Source: an uncultured virus (IMG/VR IMGVR_UViG_3300009507_000010) (Duplodnaviria > Heunggongvirae > Uroviricota > Caudoviricetes). Taken from it: a stretch of 64,000 bases of DNA. Positions 30,701 through 39,976 of this stretch are shown here, in pieces. The notes under the pieces are model-generated. The model searched no databases. It was not told the origin of the DNA and saw only the letters and a program-made list of their open reading frames with translations. The translations under genes and the position numbers were made by a program. Location: IMG/VR virus record IMGVR_UViG_3300009507_000010; one strand, given 5' to 3'. Numbering within the stretch: position 1 is the first letter of the stretch; each line of letters starts with the position of its first letter.

Positions 30701-32419
30701 GCACTGGGTCAAGATATTGCAACTAATGCAAGTCCGACATTCCTTAACTTAACACTTACTGGCAATTTAACAGTACAAGGCACAACAACAACTATTGACA
30801 CAACACAATTACTAGTTGAAGACAACATTGTAACTCTTAACTCAAATGTTACAACTGGTGCTCCTACAATAAATGCAGGTATCGAAGTAAGGCGCGGCGA
30901 TGAAGGTGTTAAACAACTTGTTTGGGACGAAGCCGTTGATAAATGGTCAGTCGGTGCAGACACGTTTGTAGCAGCAACGTTTGAAGGTAACTTAAACGGA
31001 AGTATTACAAGCCCAAGTGCAACTATTGAGTTGACTAGTGCAACTAACAAAATTAGAAGTTACTATGCAACACTAGTTGACTTACCAGATGCAACTACAT
31101 ATGCAGGTATGATTGCAACAGTACAAGCAACTGGCGAAGTTTATAGTGCTGTTAGCGGAACATGGAATCAACTTGTTAGAGTAGGCGGCGGACTAAACAC
31201 TGATGGAGTTCCAGAAGGTGATAATAATCTATACTTTACTGAAGCAAGAGGTGATGCTAACTTTACTGAAAACTTGTTAGCAATATCAACTGACAGTTTA
31301 GCAGAAGGTAGTTCAAATAGATATTACCAAACTAGTTACTTCAATCAAGATTTTGATTATCGTTTAACTAACTTACTATCGAGTGATATTGAAGAAGGCA
31401 CAACTAACTTATACTGGACTGAGCAACGATTTGACGATAGCTTTAGTTTAAAAACTTCAGATGATTTAGCAGAAGGCATTTCAAACTACTACTTTACAGC
31501 AGCACGTTTTGACACCGAGTTTGGAAATAAAACTATTGACGATCTAAGCGGTGTACAATTAGGAGCACCAGCAACTGGCGATGTACTACAATGGGACGGT
31601 ACACAATGGACTAACGGGAATACATTTGCTACACTAGCAGGTGACTTGAAAGGTTCTGTATTTGCAGACGATTCGAGTGTAATGGTAGACGGTCTAACTG
31701 GTGAAATCAAAGGTACTATTAACAACGACGATATTAGTATATTAAAACAAGGTTCAGATGTATACATTACTCCAGCTACAGTAACAGATGGAATTAGACT
31801 TACTATTGGTGCTAGCAGCTTATTTTATGTCGACGGCAACACTGATTTAGCAGGCAGTGTAACTATTCGTGATTCTGTGCAGACAATGACCGGAGTTAAT
31901 ATTCTACCAGAATTTGACTTAGACGGAGATATCGGTAGTGCAGATTTTAGATACGGAAATATATATGCAGGTACTATTGTTTCTAATGACATTAGAGGCG
32001 ACATTACAGGTAGTGTATTTGCACTAGACAGTACACAAATTATTAACGATATTGATGGCACTGTAGTAGGTGATGTAAATAACGCTAATGTAACAACTGG
32101 CGTATTAAAAACAGGAAAACTATCTAGAGGTTGGACTGAACTAATAACTAATGTAACTGCTGAAGCAGGCAGTCATTATATTGTAGATACTAGTGTAACA
32201 GGCGGAGTAACTATTACGCTTCCTACTGTTGCAGAACTAGGTGACGAAATAAGAGTAATAGACGGATTTGGCACAGCTAGCCAGTTTAACATTACTATTG
32301 CAAGAAATGGACATAATATCCAGGGTAGAGCAGACGATTTAATTATCCAAACTGATCGTTCTGCGTTTGGATTAGTTTATTACAATGCAGAGCAAGGTTG
32401 GATACTAACGGAGAACTAA
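27746..32419 (+). CDS. Baseplate-attached tail fibre protein (gp9/gp10-like N-terminus, repetitive shaft)
   Basis: N-terminal INVGSSPDAGDGDTLRSALTKTNLNFTELY; many LxDVDTTTAAPTNGQALVWDGSNFVPG repeats; TDDLxEGxxNxYFT repeats; C-terminal YIVDTS...TITLP...GDEIRVID. Confidence 0.8.
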   Translation: MTQEIINVGSSPDAGDGDTLRSALTKTNLNFTELYGKVGGFPQWQDGLQGQVLIVGIDGSIQWGSATSSSTDAATLGGQPPSFYLDYDNFANVPALVTSLSALTDTSVGSATTGQVLSYDGAVWTATTPAAVAQALGDLTNVSVANPSSGQALVWNGAAWVPGSVAADIGSTSINALSDVDTTTTAPNNGEALVWDGSNFVPGTVSSTDISTASINDLSDVDTAGAVSGSVLKYSGTAWIVGTDDSAGGIALTDLSANTVAASGTGTLTYNNTLGLFTLTPPDLSTYATTASLATVATSGAYADLTGTPTLATVATSGAYADLTGAPTIPTNVGDLADVSAVAPTTGQVLKWDGAVWAPAADLTSDGGVGIALTDISGTGDIDFNQVTGVISFTNSTGYITGIGSFSVGALSDVDITTAAPTNGQALVWDGNDFVPGSVAADISATSIDALADVDTTTAAPTNGQALVWDGSNFVPGSVASDLSTSSIDALADVDTTTAAPTNGQALVWDGSNFIPGDVASVDGVINFAVTADGTNNYVFNGGGTTAALDPEIYLSRGQTYTFSMDATGSPLFIKTVNSTGTANAYNDGVTGNGSETGTITFTVPMNAPDTLYYNSQYYPGMSGTINVLDVFTQADWNVMFSTKSTDDISEGSLNQWYTDERVDDRVAALLQAGDGIALTYDDVSNTLSIATTGGGTGGSSTFLGLTDTPSSFLGFNNKVLAVNADATAVEFTDISSAIWGSDVKGSVFGDDSTVLVDAVSNLITGDVVNDSVRTDNLGGSTGTTINIANSSILSFGTGGYILGRPLATLGASRIEQGGLTFYSTLPMTVKVDPTSPSQNLSFEGFFTGSLNGSVNGTLSGDVTSTNTSTFNNLTVNGTFTSTGTLESDLQGTIILGGLNSAVIKTEFDDIIINEFGEVQNLNGQLPSYFLDWDNFVNKPAIPTITDQISESGAGATNKYFTDARARAALSGGTGVTYNNTTGVIALGQDIATNASPTFLNLTLTGNLTVQGTTTTIDTTQLLVEDNIVTLNSNVTTGAPTINAGIEVRRGDEGVKQLVWDEAVDKWSVGADTFVAATFEGNLNGSITSPSATIELTSATNKIRSYYATLVDLPDATTYAGMIATVQATGEVYSAVSGTWNQLVRVGGGLNTDGVPEGDNNLYFTEARGDANFTENLLAISTDSLAEGSSNRYYQTSYFNQDFDYRLTNLLSSDIEEGTTNLYWTEQRFDDSFSLKTSDDLAEGISNYYFTAARFDTEFGNKTIDDLSGVQLGAPATGDVLQWDGTQWTNGNTFATLAGDLKGSVFADDSSVMVDGLTGEIKGTINNDDISILKQGSDVYITPATVTDGIRLTIGASSLFYVDGNTDLAGSVTIRDSVQTMTGVNILPEFDLDGDIGSADFRYGNIYAGTIVSNDIRGDITGSVFALDSTQIINDIDGTVVGDVNNANVTTGVLKTGKLSRGWTELITNVTAEAGSHYIVDTSVTGGVTITLPTVAELGDEIRVIDGFGTASQFNITIARNGHNIQGRADDLIIQTDRSAFGLVYYNAEQGWILTEN
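28622..28721 (+). repeat. 54-bp-period tandem repeat (LATVATSGAYADLTG x2)
   Basis: TTAGCAACTGTAGCAACAAGTGG...GCATATGCAGACTTAACAGGT at 28622 and 28676. Confidence 0.85.
28965..29300 (+). repeat. 120-bp-period tandem repeats (40-aa unit), last two copies nearly identical
   Basis: CAAGTATTGATGCATTAGCAGACGTAGATACAACTACAGCAGCACCTACTAACGGACAAGCACT at 29082 and 29202; a more diverged copy precedes them. Confidence 0.85.
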
Positions 32420-32420
32420 T

Positions 32421-33938
32421 ATGTTTTTAGCAGAAATAAGAAACGAAGCGGCCAAACCAAAAGTAGTTGAAGAAGGCTACAACGCTGGGGCAGGCGACAC
32501 AGTCATTGTAGAGGCTCTAAGTAGAGTTGCTTCGGATGGGTTAGCAGATTACAGACCAGGATTTGCAATCAACTTTCCGACTACTCCAGCAGATGGCGAT
32601 GTAATAAGAGTTATTGTAAAGGGATATGGACACACTCAAAATGCTGTAAGCATTAGAGCACAGCATCCTATAGATTTTAGAACTACAGCACAAATACCTG
32701 ATGCAACATATGTTAATCAGTTTCTTGGAGATCCTAAAACACTACTACTTTCAGATGATAATCTAGAAACAGTATTTGTGTATAACGGCATATCAAGTAA
32801 ATGGGATAGTAGCACAAGTGCTGCATCTTTAGATTTTAGAAGACTACGTCCGACAGAAGCAGAACTAGCAACTAAAAACGTGCAGCTAGTAACGTGCGAC
32901 TTTCAACCAGCAATGTGGGACAATCCTTTCAATTATGATCCATTAATTGCACAAGAGTCTGTGTACGGATGGAGTGCTCCAACTGCCGCAGCAAACCATT
33001 TAGGCTTTATTGAAAACAGATACGGCTTCCAAACTAACTTCGGTGATGGAGCAGATTTCCCTAGTAGTGGAATATATGTACAAGGCGATCCGCAATGGCA
33101 TGATCATCAATACGACGGAAACAGACCTGCTAACACTGTAACACGAGCAACCCAAGCAGCGGGTGCTGTTACTGACTTTGGATGGTACTTCGGAACTAAT
33201 GCAACTGGGGCAGCAGATGCTGATCCATTTGCAGGCGGAATAACTGTAGGAACAACTATTAATAACTTCTTGTTTGGTTATCGCGCATTTAATTCACAAA
33301 TCGGCCAAGGTGCCCTAAACGCTACTGCAACCTCAGTTAGTTACAACACACAGGACACTTTTCCAGATCCACTAGCTAACGAAGGTTACGCTGCAACGCT
33401 GAACGAAAACTTTGATGTTAACTTTCAAATTGTTCGTGACGACATTGCTAATAACCGTCCATTCTTTGTATGTTGGAAACACTGGAACATTACTGAAAAA
33501 ACAACTCCTGCTAACAAACTGCCCCCTGAAACAGTCGGTGGCACAAGTATGTGTAAGAGTTTACCAGTTAAGTTTTACGACTGGGGAGCAGTTCAAACAA
33601 CAGGACCGTTTAACGAACAATATTACGTAGGCGGCGTCGACGACTTTGAATCGTCAGTAGGGCACTGGACCTTATGTGTTGGTTATATAGAAGTCGGCGC
33701 AGGTTATGCTGCTACTCCTGAAAATGCAACACATCCGCATATTTCGCCTTCGAGTAAATACTTAATAGTAGTAGACGACAATGCAATGACAGATGCTAAT
33801 GGTGCAAGTGCGCTAAACGGAATGGAACAGCGTGTTCTAAAAGCGATACCTGTAATTGAAAATGGTGTTACTACTGGCAGAACAAACTTAATGGCAACAA
33901 TCCACGTAGATATTACACAAGCAACTTACGCGGTATAA
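32421..33938 (+). CDS. Putative virion protein with a papain/C39-like peptidase fold (Ser at the catalytic Cys position)
   Basis: GWSAPTAAANHLGF ... IVRDDIANNRPFFV ... GHWTLCVGY ... YLIVVDD; lies between fibre and neck genes. Confidence 0.5.
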   Translation: MFLAEIRNEAAKPKVVEEGYNAGAGDTVIVEALSRVASDGLADYRPGFAINFPTTPADGDVIRVIVKGYGHTQNAVSIRAQHPIDFRTTAQIPDATYVNQFLGDPKTLLLSDDNLETVFVYNGISSKWDSSTSAASLDFRRLRPTEAELATKNVQLVTCDFQPAMWDNPFNYDPLIAQESVYGWSAPTAAANHLGFIENRYGFQTNFGDGADFPSSGIYVQGDPQWHDHQYDGNRPANTVTRATQAAGAVTDFGWYFGTNATGAADADPFAGGITVGTTINNFLFGYRAFNSQIGQGALNATATSVSYNTQDTFPDPLANEGYAATLNENFDVNFQIVRDDIANNRPFFVCWKHWNITEKTTPANKLPPETVGGTSMCKSLPVKFYDWGAVQTTGPFNEQYYVGGVDDFESSVGHWTLCVGYIEVGAGYAATPENATHPHISPSSKYLIVVDDNAMTDANGASALNGMEQRVLKAIPVIENGVTTGRTNLMATIHVDITQATYAV

Positions 33939-33948
33939 GGACTAATTA

Positions 33949-34713
33949 ATGGCTAATAATTTAACAGAAGAAAAAAGTAAAATATTTGATTATGTAGACG
34001 CTATGTTAGGCGGCGGCATGGTCGATGTCGAACTTGATCCAAGACATTATGAAATTGCACTTAGTAAAGCTCTTACTAGGTTTAGACAACGATCAGATCA
34101 CTCTGTTGAAGAAAGCTATAGTTTTTTAACATTGATAGAAGATCAAAATACTTATACTCTACCTAACGAAGTTATTGAAGTACGTAAAATATACAGACGT
34201 AGTATTGGATCTAGATCAAGTGGCAGCAATGGCGGAAGTTCTTTCGATCCGTTTAACTTGGCATACACTAATACATACTTAATGAGTTCTAGTTCAATCG
34301 GCGGCCTATTAACATACGAATTGTTTTCAGGATATCAAGAACTTGTAGGCAGAATGTTTGGTAGTTTTATTGAGTTTAAATTTAACAGTAGTTCAAAGCA
34401 GCTAACAATACTACAACGTCCAAGATCGGATATAGAAGAAGTCCTATTATACACCTATAACTACAAGCCTGATATTGTAATAATGACTGATACGTATTCG
34501 GGACAATGGATTAAAGACTATACTGTAGCAGCATGTAAAATGATGTTAGGCGAAGCACGTAGTAAATTTGCTACTATCGCAGGACCACAAGGTGGATCAA
34601 CACTTAATGGCGATGCACTAAAGAATGAAGCTCAAGCAGAGATGGAAAAACTTGAAGAAGAAGTTAAAATGAACATCGCAGGCGGCACTGGCTACGGATT
34701 TATTATAGGATAA
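33949..34713 (+). CDS. Neck protein, T4 gp13-like
   Basis: LGGGMVDVELDPRHY...WIKDYTVAACKMMLGEARSKFATIAGPQGGSTLNGDALKNEAQAEMEKLEEE. Confidence 0.85.
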   Translation: MANNLTEEKSKIFDYVDAMLGGGMVDVELDPRHYEIALSKALTRFRQRSDHSVEESYSFLTLIEDQNTYTLPNEVIEVRKIYRRSIGSRSSGSNGGSSFDPFNLAYTNTYLMSSSSIGGLLTYELFSGYQELVGRMFGSFIEFKFNSSSKQLTILQRPRSDIEEVLLYTYNYKPDIVIMTDTYSGQWIKDYTVAACKMMLGEARSKFATIAGPQGGSTLNGDALKNEAQAEMEKLEEEVKMNIAGGTGYGFIIG

Positions 34714-34904
34714 TGAGTAAGCCCATTCATAAAGACGCTTATAGGCTTTTTTGGATGGTAAAGGGGCATCTTAACATAACCGAAGAAACAGTGTATGCTT
34801 GTTACGATGGTTATTTTAAAAGACTTTGGGGCAACCACGAAGCATCATTCCACGAAGAAGGTTTTGAAGAAGCCTATCAAAAAGTTCTTGACAAGCAACT
34901 ATAA
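34713..34904 (+). CDS. Hypothetical protein
   Basis: 63-aa ORF, TAATG-coupled to gp13-like gene. Confidence 0.55.
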   Translation: MSKPIHKDAYRLFWMVKGHLNITEETVYACYDGYFKRLWGNHEASFHEEGFEEAYQKVLDKQL

Positions 34905-34915
34905 GATGCTATAAT
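34888..34915 (+). promoter_or_regulatory. Sigma70-type promoter (TTGACA-16-TATAAT with extended -10 TG)
   Basis: TTGACA 34888-34893; TATAAT 34910-34915 preceded by TGC; RBS AAGGAG before ATG 34945. Confidence 0.7.
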
Positions 34916-34944
34916 ATACATATTCGTTAAGGAGATGATATTAT

Positions 34945-35514
34945 ATGTTACCTAAGTTACTAGTTGTAGGACACGGTCGCCACGGCAAAGATACTGTATG
35001 TGAAATGCTACAAGCATATGGTTACAATTTTGAATCAAGTTCAAAGTTTTGTAGTGAGCTGTTTATTTTTAACGAACTAAAAGACAAGTACGGATATGCA
35101 GACGAAGAAGCATGTTATGCAGACCGACACAATCATCGTACCGAATGGTACAACATGATTCATGATTACTGCAAAGATGATCTAGCGCGACTAGGCCGTA
35201 ACCTATTTAAAGAACATAATATCTATTGCGGATTGCGTAATCGTCGCGAATTCTTTGCAATGCAAAATGAACAAATTTTTGATTATGCTATTTGGGTAGA
35301 TCGCTGTGATCACTTGCCTAAAGAAGATCCTAGTAGTATGAGTATTGAACAATGGATGTGCAACTATACTATTGACAATAATGGATCTCTAGAAAGATTA
35401 GAAAAGAACGTAGGAATACTAGTGCGTACTATATTTAAAAATCAGGGACTAGATCGCCTTGCTTCCATTGGACCCCTTCTTTCTGAAGAATCCTCTGACA
35501 GTTTGCACATATAG
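34945..35514 (+). CDS. Deoxynucleoside monophosphate kinase-like P-loop protein
   Basis: N-terminal LLVVGHGRHGKDTV P-loop; C-terminal IDNNGSLERL. Confidence 0.65.
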   Translation: MLPKLLVVGHGRHGKDTVCEMLQAYGYNFESSSKFCSELFIFNELKDKYGYADEEACYADRHNHRTEWYNMIHDYCKDDLARLGRNLFKEHNIYCGLRNRREFFAMQNEQIFDYAIWVDRCDHLPKEDPSSMSIEQWMCNYTIDNNGSLERLEKNVGILVRTIFKNQGLDRLASIGPLLSEESSDSLHI

Positions 35515-35773
35515 TTTTTAAGTTAGTAGGTCGACAATTATCAAGTCGACCGTCTATGTGATATACATCGAATTGTTCTTGATGTTTACTTTTATATCCG
35601 CATTTTTCACACTGCTCTTTTTTCTGATAACCTGATCTTTCCCATAATGGTACACCCTGAGGCACTCCGTATCTAGCACAACTTTCGCACTTAGATCTAA
35701 AATATACTCTTCCAGCCTTGCGATAGTTAATTGCAGCTGGTTTTTTATTGCAAATTTTACAAATCGGTCTCAT
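35435..35773 (-). CDS. HNH-type endonuclease/zinc-binding protein
   Basis: CKIC, CESC, CEKC pairs and DVYHIDGRLDNCRPTNLKTICANCQR; TAAATA motif upstream (35778-35785, minus). Confidence 0.7.
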   Translation of the reverse strand: MRPICKICNKKPAAINYRKAGRVYFRSKCESCARYGVPQGVPLWERSGYQKKEQCEKCGYKSKHQEQFDVYHIDGRLDNCRPTNLKTICANCQRILQKEGVQWKQGDLVPDF

Positions 35774-35883
35774 ATTGTATTTAGCTGCCCTTTTCGGTCC
35801 CTTTTTTAGGTGGTTTACTAGGGTAATTTACAATCATTATGCTAAATAATATAAAGTAATAAACGCTCACAGGAGAATATAAA

Positions 35884-38800
35884 ATGGCTTTAGAATCACC
35901 AGGAGTACAGGTCAGTGTAATAGACGAAAGTTTTTACACACCAGCTGAACCAGGTACTACCCCACTTATTATTGTTGCGTCTGGACAAGACAAAACAAAC
36001 AGTTCCAGTACAGGAATTGCAGCAGGAACATTGAAAGCAAACGCAGGCGAAGTATATACTATTACTAGTCAAAGAGAACTTGCAGAAACTTTTGGTGACC
36101 CTACATTTTACACAGATGCAAGCGGCGCAGCAGTACACGGCGGCGAGCAAAACGAATATGGTCTACAAGCAGCATACAGCTTTTTAGGTGTAGCTAACAG
36201 AGCATACGTAGTACGTGCAGATGTTAACCTAACAGAGTTAACTGCTACGTCAGAAGAGCCAGCAGCTGATCCAGAAGATGGAACATATTGGTTTGATACG
36301 TCAGCAACTAGTTTTGGTGTGTTTGAATGGAATAACGCATCAGCAGTAGCAGGCGGACAAAAGTTCAAAACTGTATCTCCAATTGTTATTACAAATGAAT
36401 CACAGCTAGACGGAACTGCTCCAGTACAGAGTGTAGGTAAAGTTGGCGACTATGCAGTAACAGCAGCTACTACAGCACCAATCAAACGCTTATGGTACAA
36501 AGCAAAAACAAACAACGGTACTTGGGTTGAAGTAGGTTCAAATGCATGGGCTATGGCATGGCCAACTATAGCAGGCACAAAATCAACTCCAACAATTCAA
36601 GGTGGCGACACTTTAACAATTAATGCTACTAACTTGTCTATTACAGCAACAGTTGGCGGCACAGGAGCACAGGATCTTACTTCCTTAGTGTCATCTATTA
36701 ATTCCGAACTTACTACAGCAGGCAAATCGAGCGTTATGTCAGCTGCTATTGTAAACGGTAAATTAGAAATTTATGCAAGCAATTCAATTGACGGCGCAGG
36801 CACTGAAGCAGACAACTCAAATGCAATCACACTAGGTGGTACACTTGTAGCTGCACAAGCATCCGATAGTCCAATTGGTGTTGCAACAGGTACTTATTAC
36901 CCACCAAGACTACAACTTTCTGCACACACAACTGTTCCAGAATTTAAAACAATTGATACGTTTAATCGTCCAAGTGGTAGTGTTTGGGTTAAAACAACTG
37001 ATCCAAACGGTGGTGCTAAATGGCGTGTTAAAGCATGGAACGGCGAAACAAAACTTTGGGATGACCAAGGCGCACCAGTTTATGCAAATAACCAAGAAGC
37101 AATTTACAACCTAGATAGAGCAGCAGGCGGAGCAAACATTGGTGTAGGTACACTATATGTTCAGTCTAACGCAGGCGAAACATTTGGCGCAGATACAACT
37201 CCTTCACTAGCAACATTTAAAATCTTCCGTAGAGAAGTTTTAGGTGCAGTAAGCATTGCATCGGCTCCTATTGCAGGAACAACATTTACAAATGGTACAG
37301 CGTATGATTTTGTAATTAGTGAAACTATGCCAAACAGCAAAATGTTAGCTACAAAGAACGGTAGCTTTGTTGGCTCGACTGACGCAACTACTAACGCTGA
37401 GCGCTTTGCAGCAGCAATCAATGGTATTGGCTTAGTTTATGTAACTGCAACTATTGATAGTCAAAACAGAGTAGTTATTACACACGCAGCAGGCGGTGAC
37501 TTCCGTATTGGCGATGGTGCTAATCTACCATTTGCAGCAGCAGGCTTTAGTGCATATGTAAGTTCAGGAATCGGAACTGCAAACTTATACGGCGCACCAG
37601 GTGGCGACACAGTACATAACTTTGTAGCAAGTGGATGGAAATTCCTAGCACCAAAATCAAGTGCTGATAATCCAACTAGCTTAACAGCAGATGGCGCACT
37701 ATGGTATAATAGCATTGTTGATGAAATTGATGTTATGGTACACGACGGCACAAACTGGGTTGGCTATAAAAATCAATTTACTGACTTCTCAGGAGTTATT
37801 GTTAGTGCTACGCAACCGTACAGAAGACAAGACGGAACGTCTGCACTAAAATACGGCGACCTATGGGTTAGTACAGCAGATTTAGAAAATTATCCGCTAA
37901 TGTATCGCTATAACTTAGCAGGTACTTGGGAGTTGCTTGACGGTACTGATCAAACAAGTGAAGATGGTATCTTGTTTGCAGATGCACGTTGGGGAACAAC
38001 AGGTGGAACACCAGATGGTCTTGCATCAGCAACTATTGATGAATTACTAACTAGCAACTACTTAGATCACGATGCTCCGGATCCAGCACTTTACCCACGT
38101 GGTATGTTGCTATGGAATACACGTAGAAGTGGTTTTAACGTTAAGAAATTTATTCGTAACTATGTTCCGTTGATTGAAGAAAACCAACGTGGTTCAGATG
38201 CTGACGCATCAATGAGCAACTACTATCCACATCGTTGGGTAACAGTTTCTACAAACAACGAAGATGGTACAGGCGCATTTGGTCGCAAAGCGCAGCGCAA
38301 GGTTGTTGTACGTGAGCTACAGGCTCTAGTTAACAGTAACGAGCGTATACGTGACGAAGAAGGTCTAAACTTTAACTTAATGGCTTGCCCAGGTTATCCG
38401 GAACTAATCGGCGAAATGGTAACACTAAACGTTGATCGCGGATTGACAGCATTTGTGTTAGGTGATACACCGTTTAGATTAAACTCAAGCGGCACAGAAC
38501 TTAACAACTGGGGCTTGAATGTTGCAGGTGCATTTGAAGACAATGACGAAGGTCTAGTTACTTCAGATGAATACTTAGGCATTTATTACCCATGTGGCTT
38601 TACAAGTGATAATGCAGGAAACAACATTGTTGTTCCAGCGTCACACATGATGATGCGCACTATTGCACTAAGTGACCAAGTTAGCTTCCCCTGGTTTGCA
38701 CCAGCAGGAACAAGACGAGGCGGAGTATCTAATGCAAGTGCAGTTGGATATGTAAGTGCAGAAGGCGAATTTAAAACAGTTGCATTAAATGAAGGTCAAC

Positions 38801-39225
38801 GTAACGTTCTATATAACGTAAATGTTAACCCAATTACATTTATTACAGGCAGTGGTGTTATTGCAATGGGTCAAAAAACTCGTGCAAGAGGTGCTAGTGC
38901 ATTGGATAGAATTAACGTATCAAGACTAGTTGTGTACTTACGTAGACAATTAAATGCTCTTGCTAAACCTTATATCTTTGAACCGAACGATAAGATTACA
39001 CGCGATGAAATCAAACAACAAGTTGAGAGCTTAATGCTTGAGCTAGTTGGACAACGTGCGCTATATGACTTCTTAGTTGTATGTGACGAGTCTAATAACA
39101 CTCCAAGCAGAATTGACCGTAATCAACTTTATGTAGACATTGCTATTGAACCAGTCAAAGCAGTTGAATTTATCTACATTCCACTACGTTTGAAAAACAC
39201 CGGTGAGATTGCAAGTCTTGGATAA
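35884..39225 (+). CDS. Contractile tail sheath protein, T4 gp18-like
   Basis: MALESPGVQVSVIDES; C-terminal PWFAPAGTRRG...VNPI...GQKT...SALDRINVSRL...FEPND...IAIEPVKAVEFIYI. Confidence 0.95.
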   Translation: MALESPGVQVSVIDESFYTPAEPGTTPLIIVASGQDKTNSSSTGIAAGTLKANAGEVYTITSQRELAETFGDPTFYTDASGAAVHGGEQNEYGLQAAYSFLGVANRAYVVRADVNLTELTATSEEPAADPEDGTYWFDTSATSFGVFEWNNASAVAGGQKFKTVSPIVITNESQLDGTAPVQSVGKVGDYAVTAATTAPIKRLWYKAKTNNGTWVEVGSNAWAMAWPTIAGTKSTPTIQGGDTLTINATNLSITATVGGTGAQDLTSLVSSINSELTTAGKSSVMSAAIVNGKLEIYASNSIDGAGTEADNSNAITLGGTLVAAQASDSPIGVATGTYYPPRLQLSAHTTVPEFKTIDTFNRPSGSVWVKTTDPNGGAKWRVKAWNGETKLWDDQGAPVYANNQEAIYNLDRAAGGANIGVGTLYVQSNAGETFGADTTPSLATFKIFRREVLGAVSIASAPIAGTTFTNGTAYDFVISETMPNSKMLATKNGSFVGSTDATTNAERFAAAINGIGLVYVTATIDSQNRVVITHAAGGDFRIGDGANLPFAAAGFSAYVSSGIGTANLYGAPGGDTVHNFVASGWKFLAPKSSADNPTSLTADGALWYNSIVDEIDVMVHDGTNWVGYKNQFTDFSGVIVSATQPYRRQDGTSALKYGDLWVSTADLENYPLMYRYNLAGTWELLDGTDQTSEDGILFADARWGTTGGTPDGLASATIDELLTSNYLDHDAPDPALYPRGMLLWNTRRSGFNVKKFIRNYVPLIEENQRGSDADASMSNYYPHRWVTVSTNNEDGTGAFGRKAQRKVVVRELQALVNSNERIRDEEGLNFNLMACPGYPELIGEMVTLNVDRGLTAFVLGDTPFRLNSSGTELNNWGLNVAGAFEDNDEGLVTSDEYLGIYYPCGFTSDNAGNNIVVPASHMMMRTIALSDQVSFPWFAPAGTRRGGVSNASAVGYVSAEGEFKTVALNEGQRNVLYNVNVNPITFITGSGVIAMGQKTRARGASALDRINVSRLVVYLRRQLNALAKPYIFEPNDKITRDEIKQQVESLMLELVGQRALYDFLVVCDESNNTPSRIDRNQLYVDIAIEPVKAVEFIYIPLRLKNTGEIASLG

Positions 39226-39258
39226 GATAAATACTAATAAGATAAACAGGAGCAAATA

Positions 39259-39885
39259 ATGGCTATATCAACTCTTTCTAAATTTACAGTTCCTCTTGCT
39301 AGCAGTGACTCTGCTAGCAACCAGGGATTGCTAATGCCAAAACTACAGTATCGCTTCCGCCTTACTTTAGAAAACTTTGGAGTTAGCACACCTACAACAG
39401 AACTTACAAAACAGGTAGTGGACGTAACACGACCTACTGTAGGCTTTGAACAAATGACACTAGATGTTTACAACTCACGTGTTTACCTAGCAGGTAAGCA
39501 TAGTTGGGAACCTATCACTATTAACTTACGTGAAGATGTAAACAATAATGTACAAAAACTCGTTGGTGAACAATTACAGAAACAATTCGACTTTTACGAA
39601 CAATCAAGTGCAGCATCAGGTATCGATTACAAATTTACAACACGTATTGAGATCCTTGATGGCGGCAATGGCGCTAATACTCCAACAGTGTTAGAAACCT
39701 TTGAACTATACGGGTGCTATGTAGAAAATGCAAACTACAATCAGTTATCTTATAGTGCAAACGAACCAGTATCTATTACACTAGCAGTTAGATACGACAA
39801 CGCAATTCAGTCACCGCAAGGTACTGGCATTGGTACAAACGTTGGTCGTTCAACAGGCTCGTTAGTAACTGGCGGCGGTTCCTAA
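39259..39885 (+). CDS. Tail tube protein, T4 gp19-like
   Basis: Follows sheath; PKLQYRFR...RVYLAGKHSWEPITINLRED...FELYGCY...LSY...ITLAVRYDNA. Confidence 0.85.
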   Translation: MAISTLSKFTVPLASSDSASNQGLLMPKLQYRFRLTLENFGVSTPTTELTKQVVDVTRPTVGFEQMTLDVYNSRVYLAGKHSWEPITINLREDVNNNVQKLVGEQLQKQFDFYEQSSAASGIDYKFTTRIEILDGGNGANTPTVLETFELYGCYVENANYNQLSYSANEPVSITLAVRYDNAIQSPQGTGIGTNVGRSTGSLVTGGGS

Positions 39886-39911
39886 GCTAAAAAAAGAGTT
39901 GAGGTAATGTT

Positions 39912-39938
39912 AAGAGGGATCATGTGGTCCCTCTTTTC
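39912..39938 (+). terminator. Intrinsic terminator after tail tube gene
   Basis: AAGAGGGATC-ATGT-GGTCCCTCTT hairpin followed by TT. Confidence 0.7.
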
Positions 39939-39976
39939 TATTATATGCACATATAATTTAAAGGATAAATATTTAT

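Noticed and set aside
35435..35773. HNH ORF as an intron-encoded mobile homing endonuclease
   Set aside because: It is free-standing, interrupts no gene and has its own TAAATA motif; there is no evidence of intron structure.
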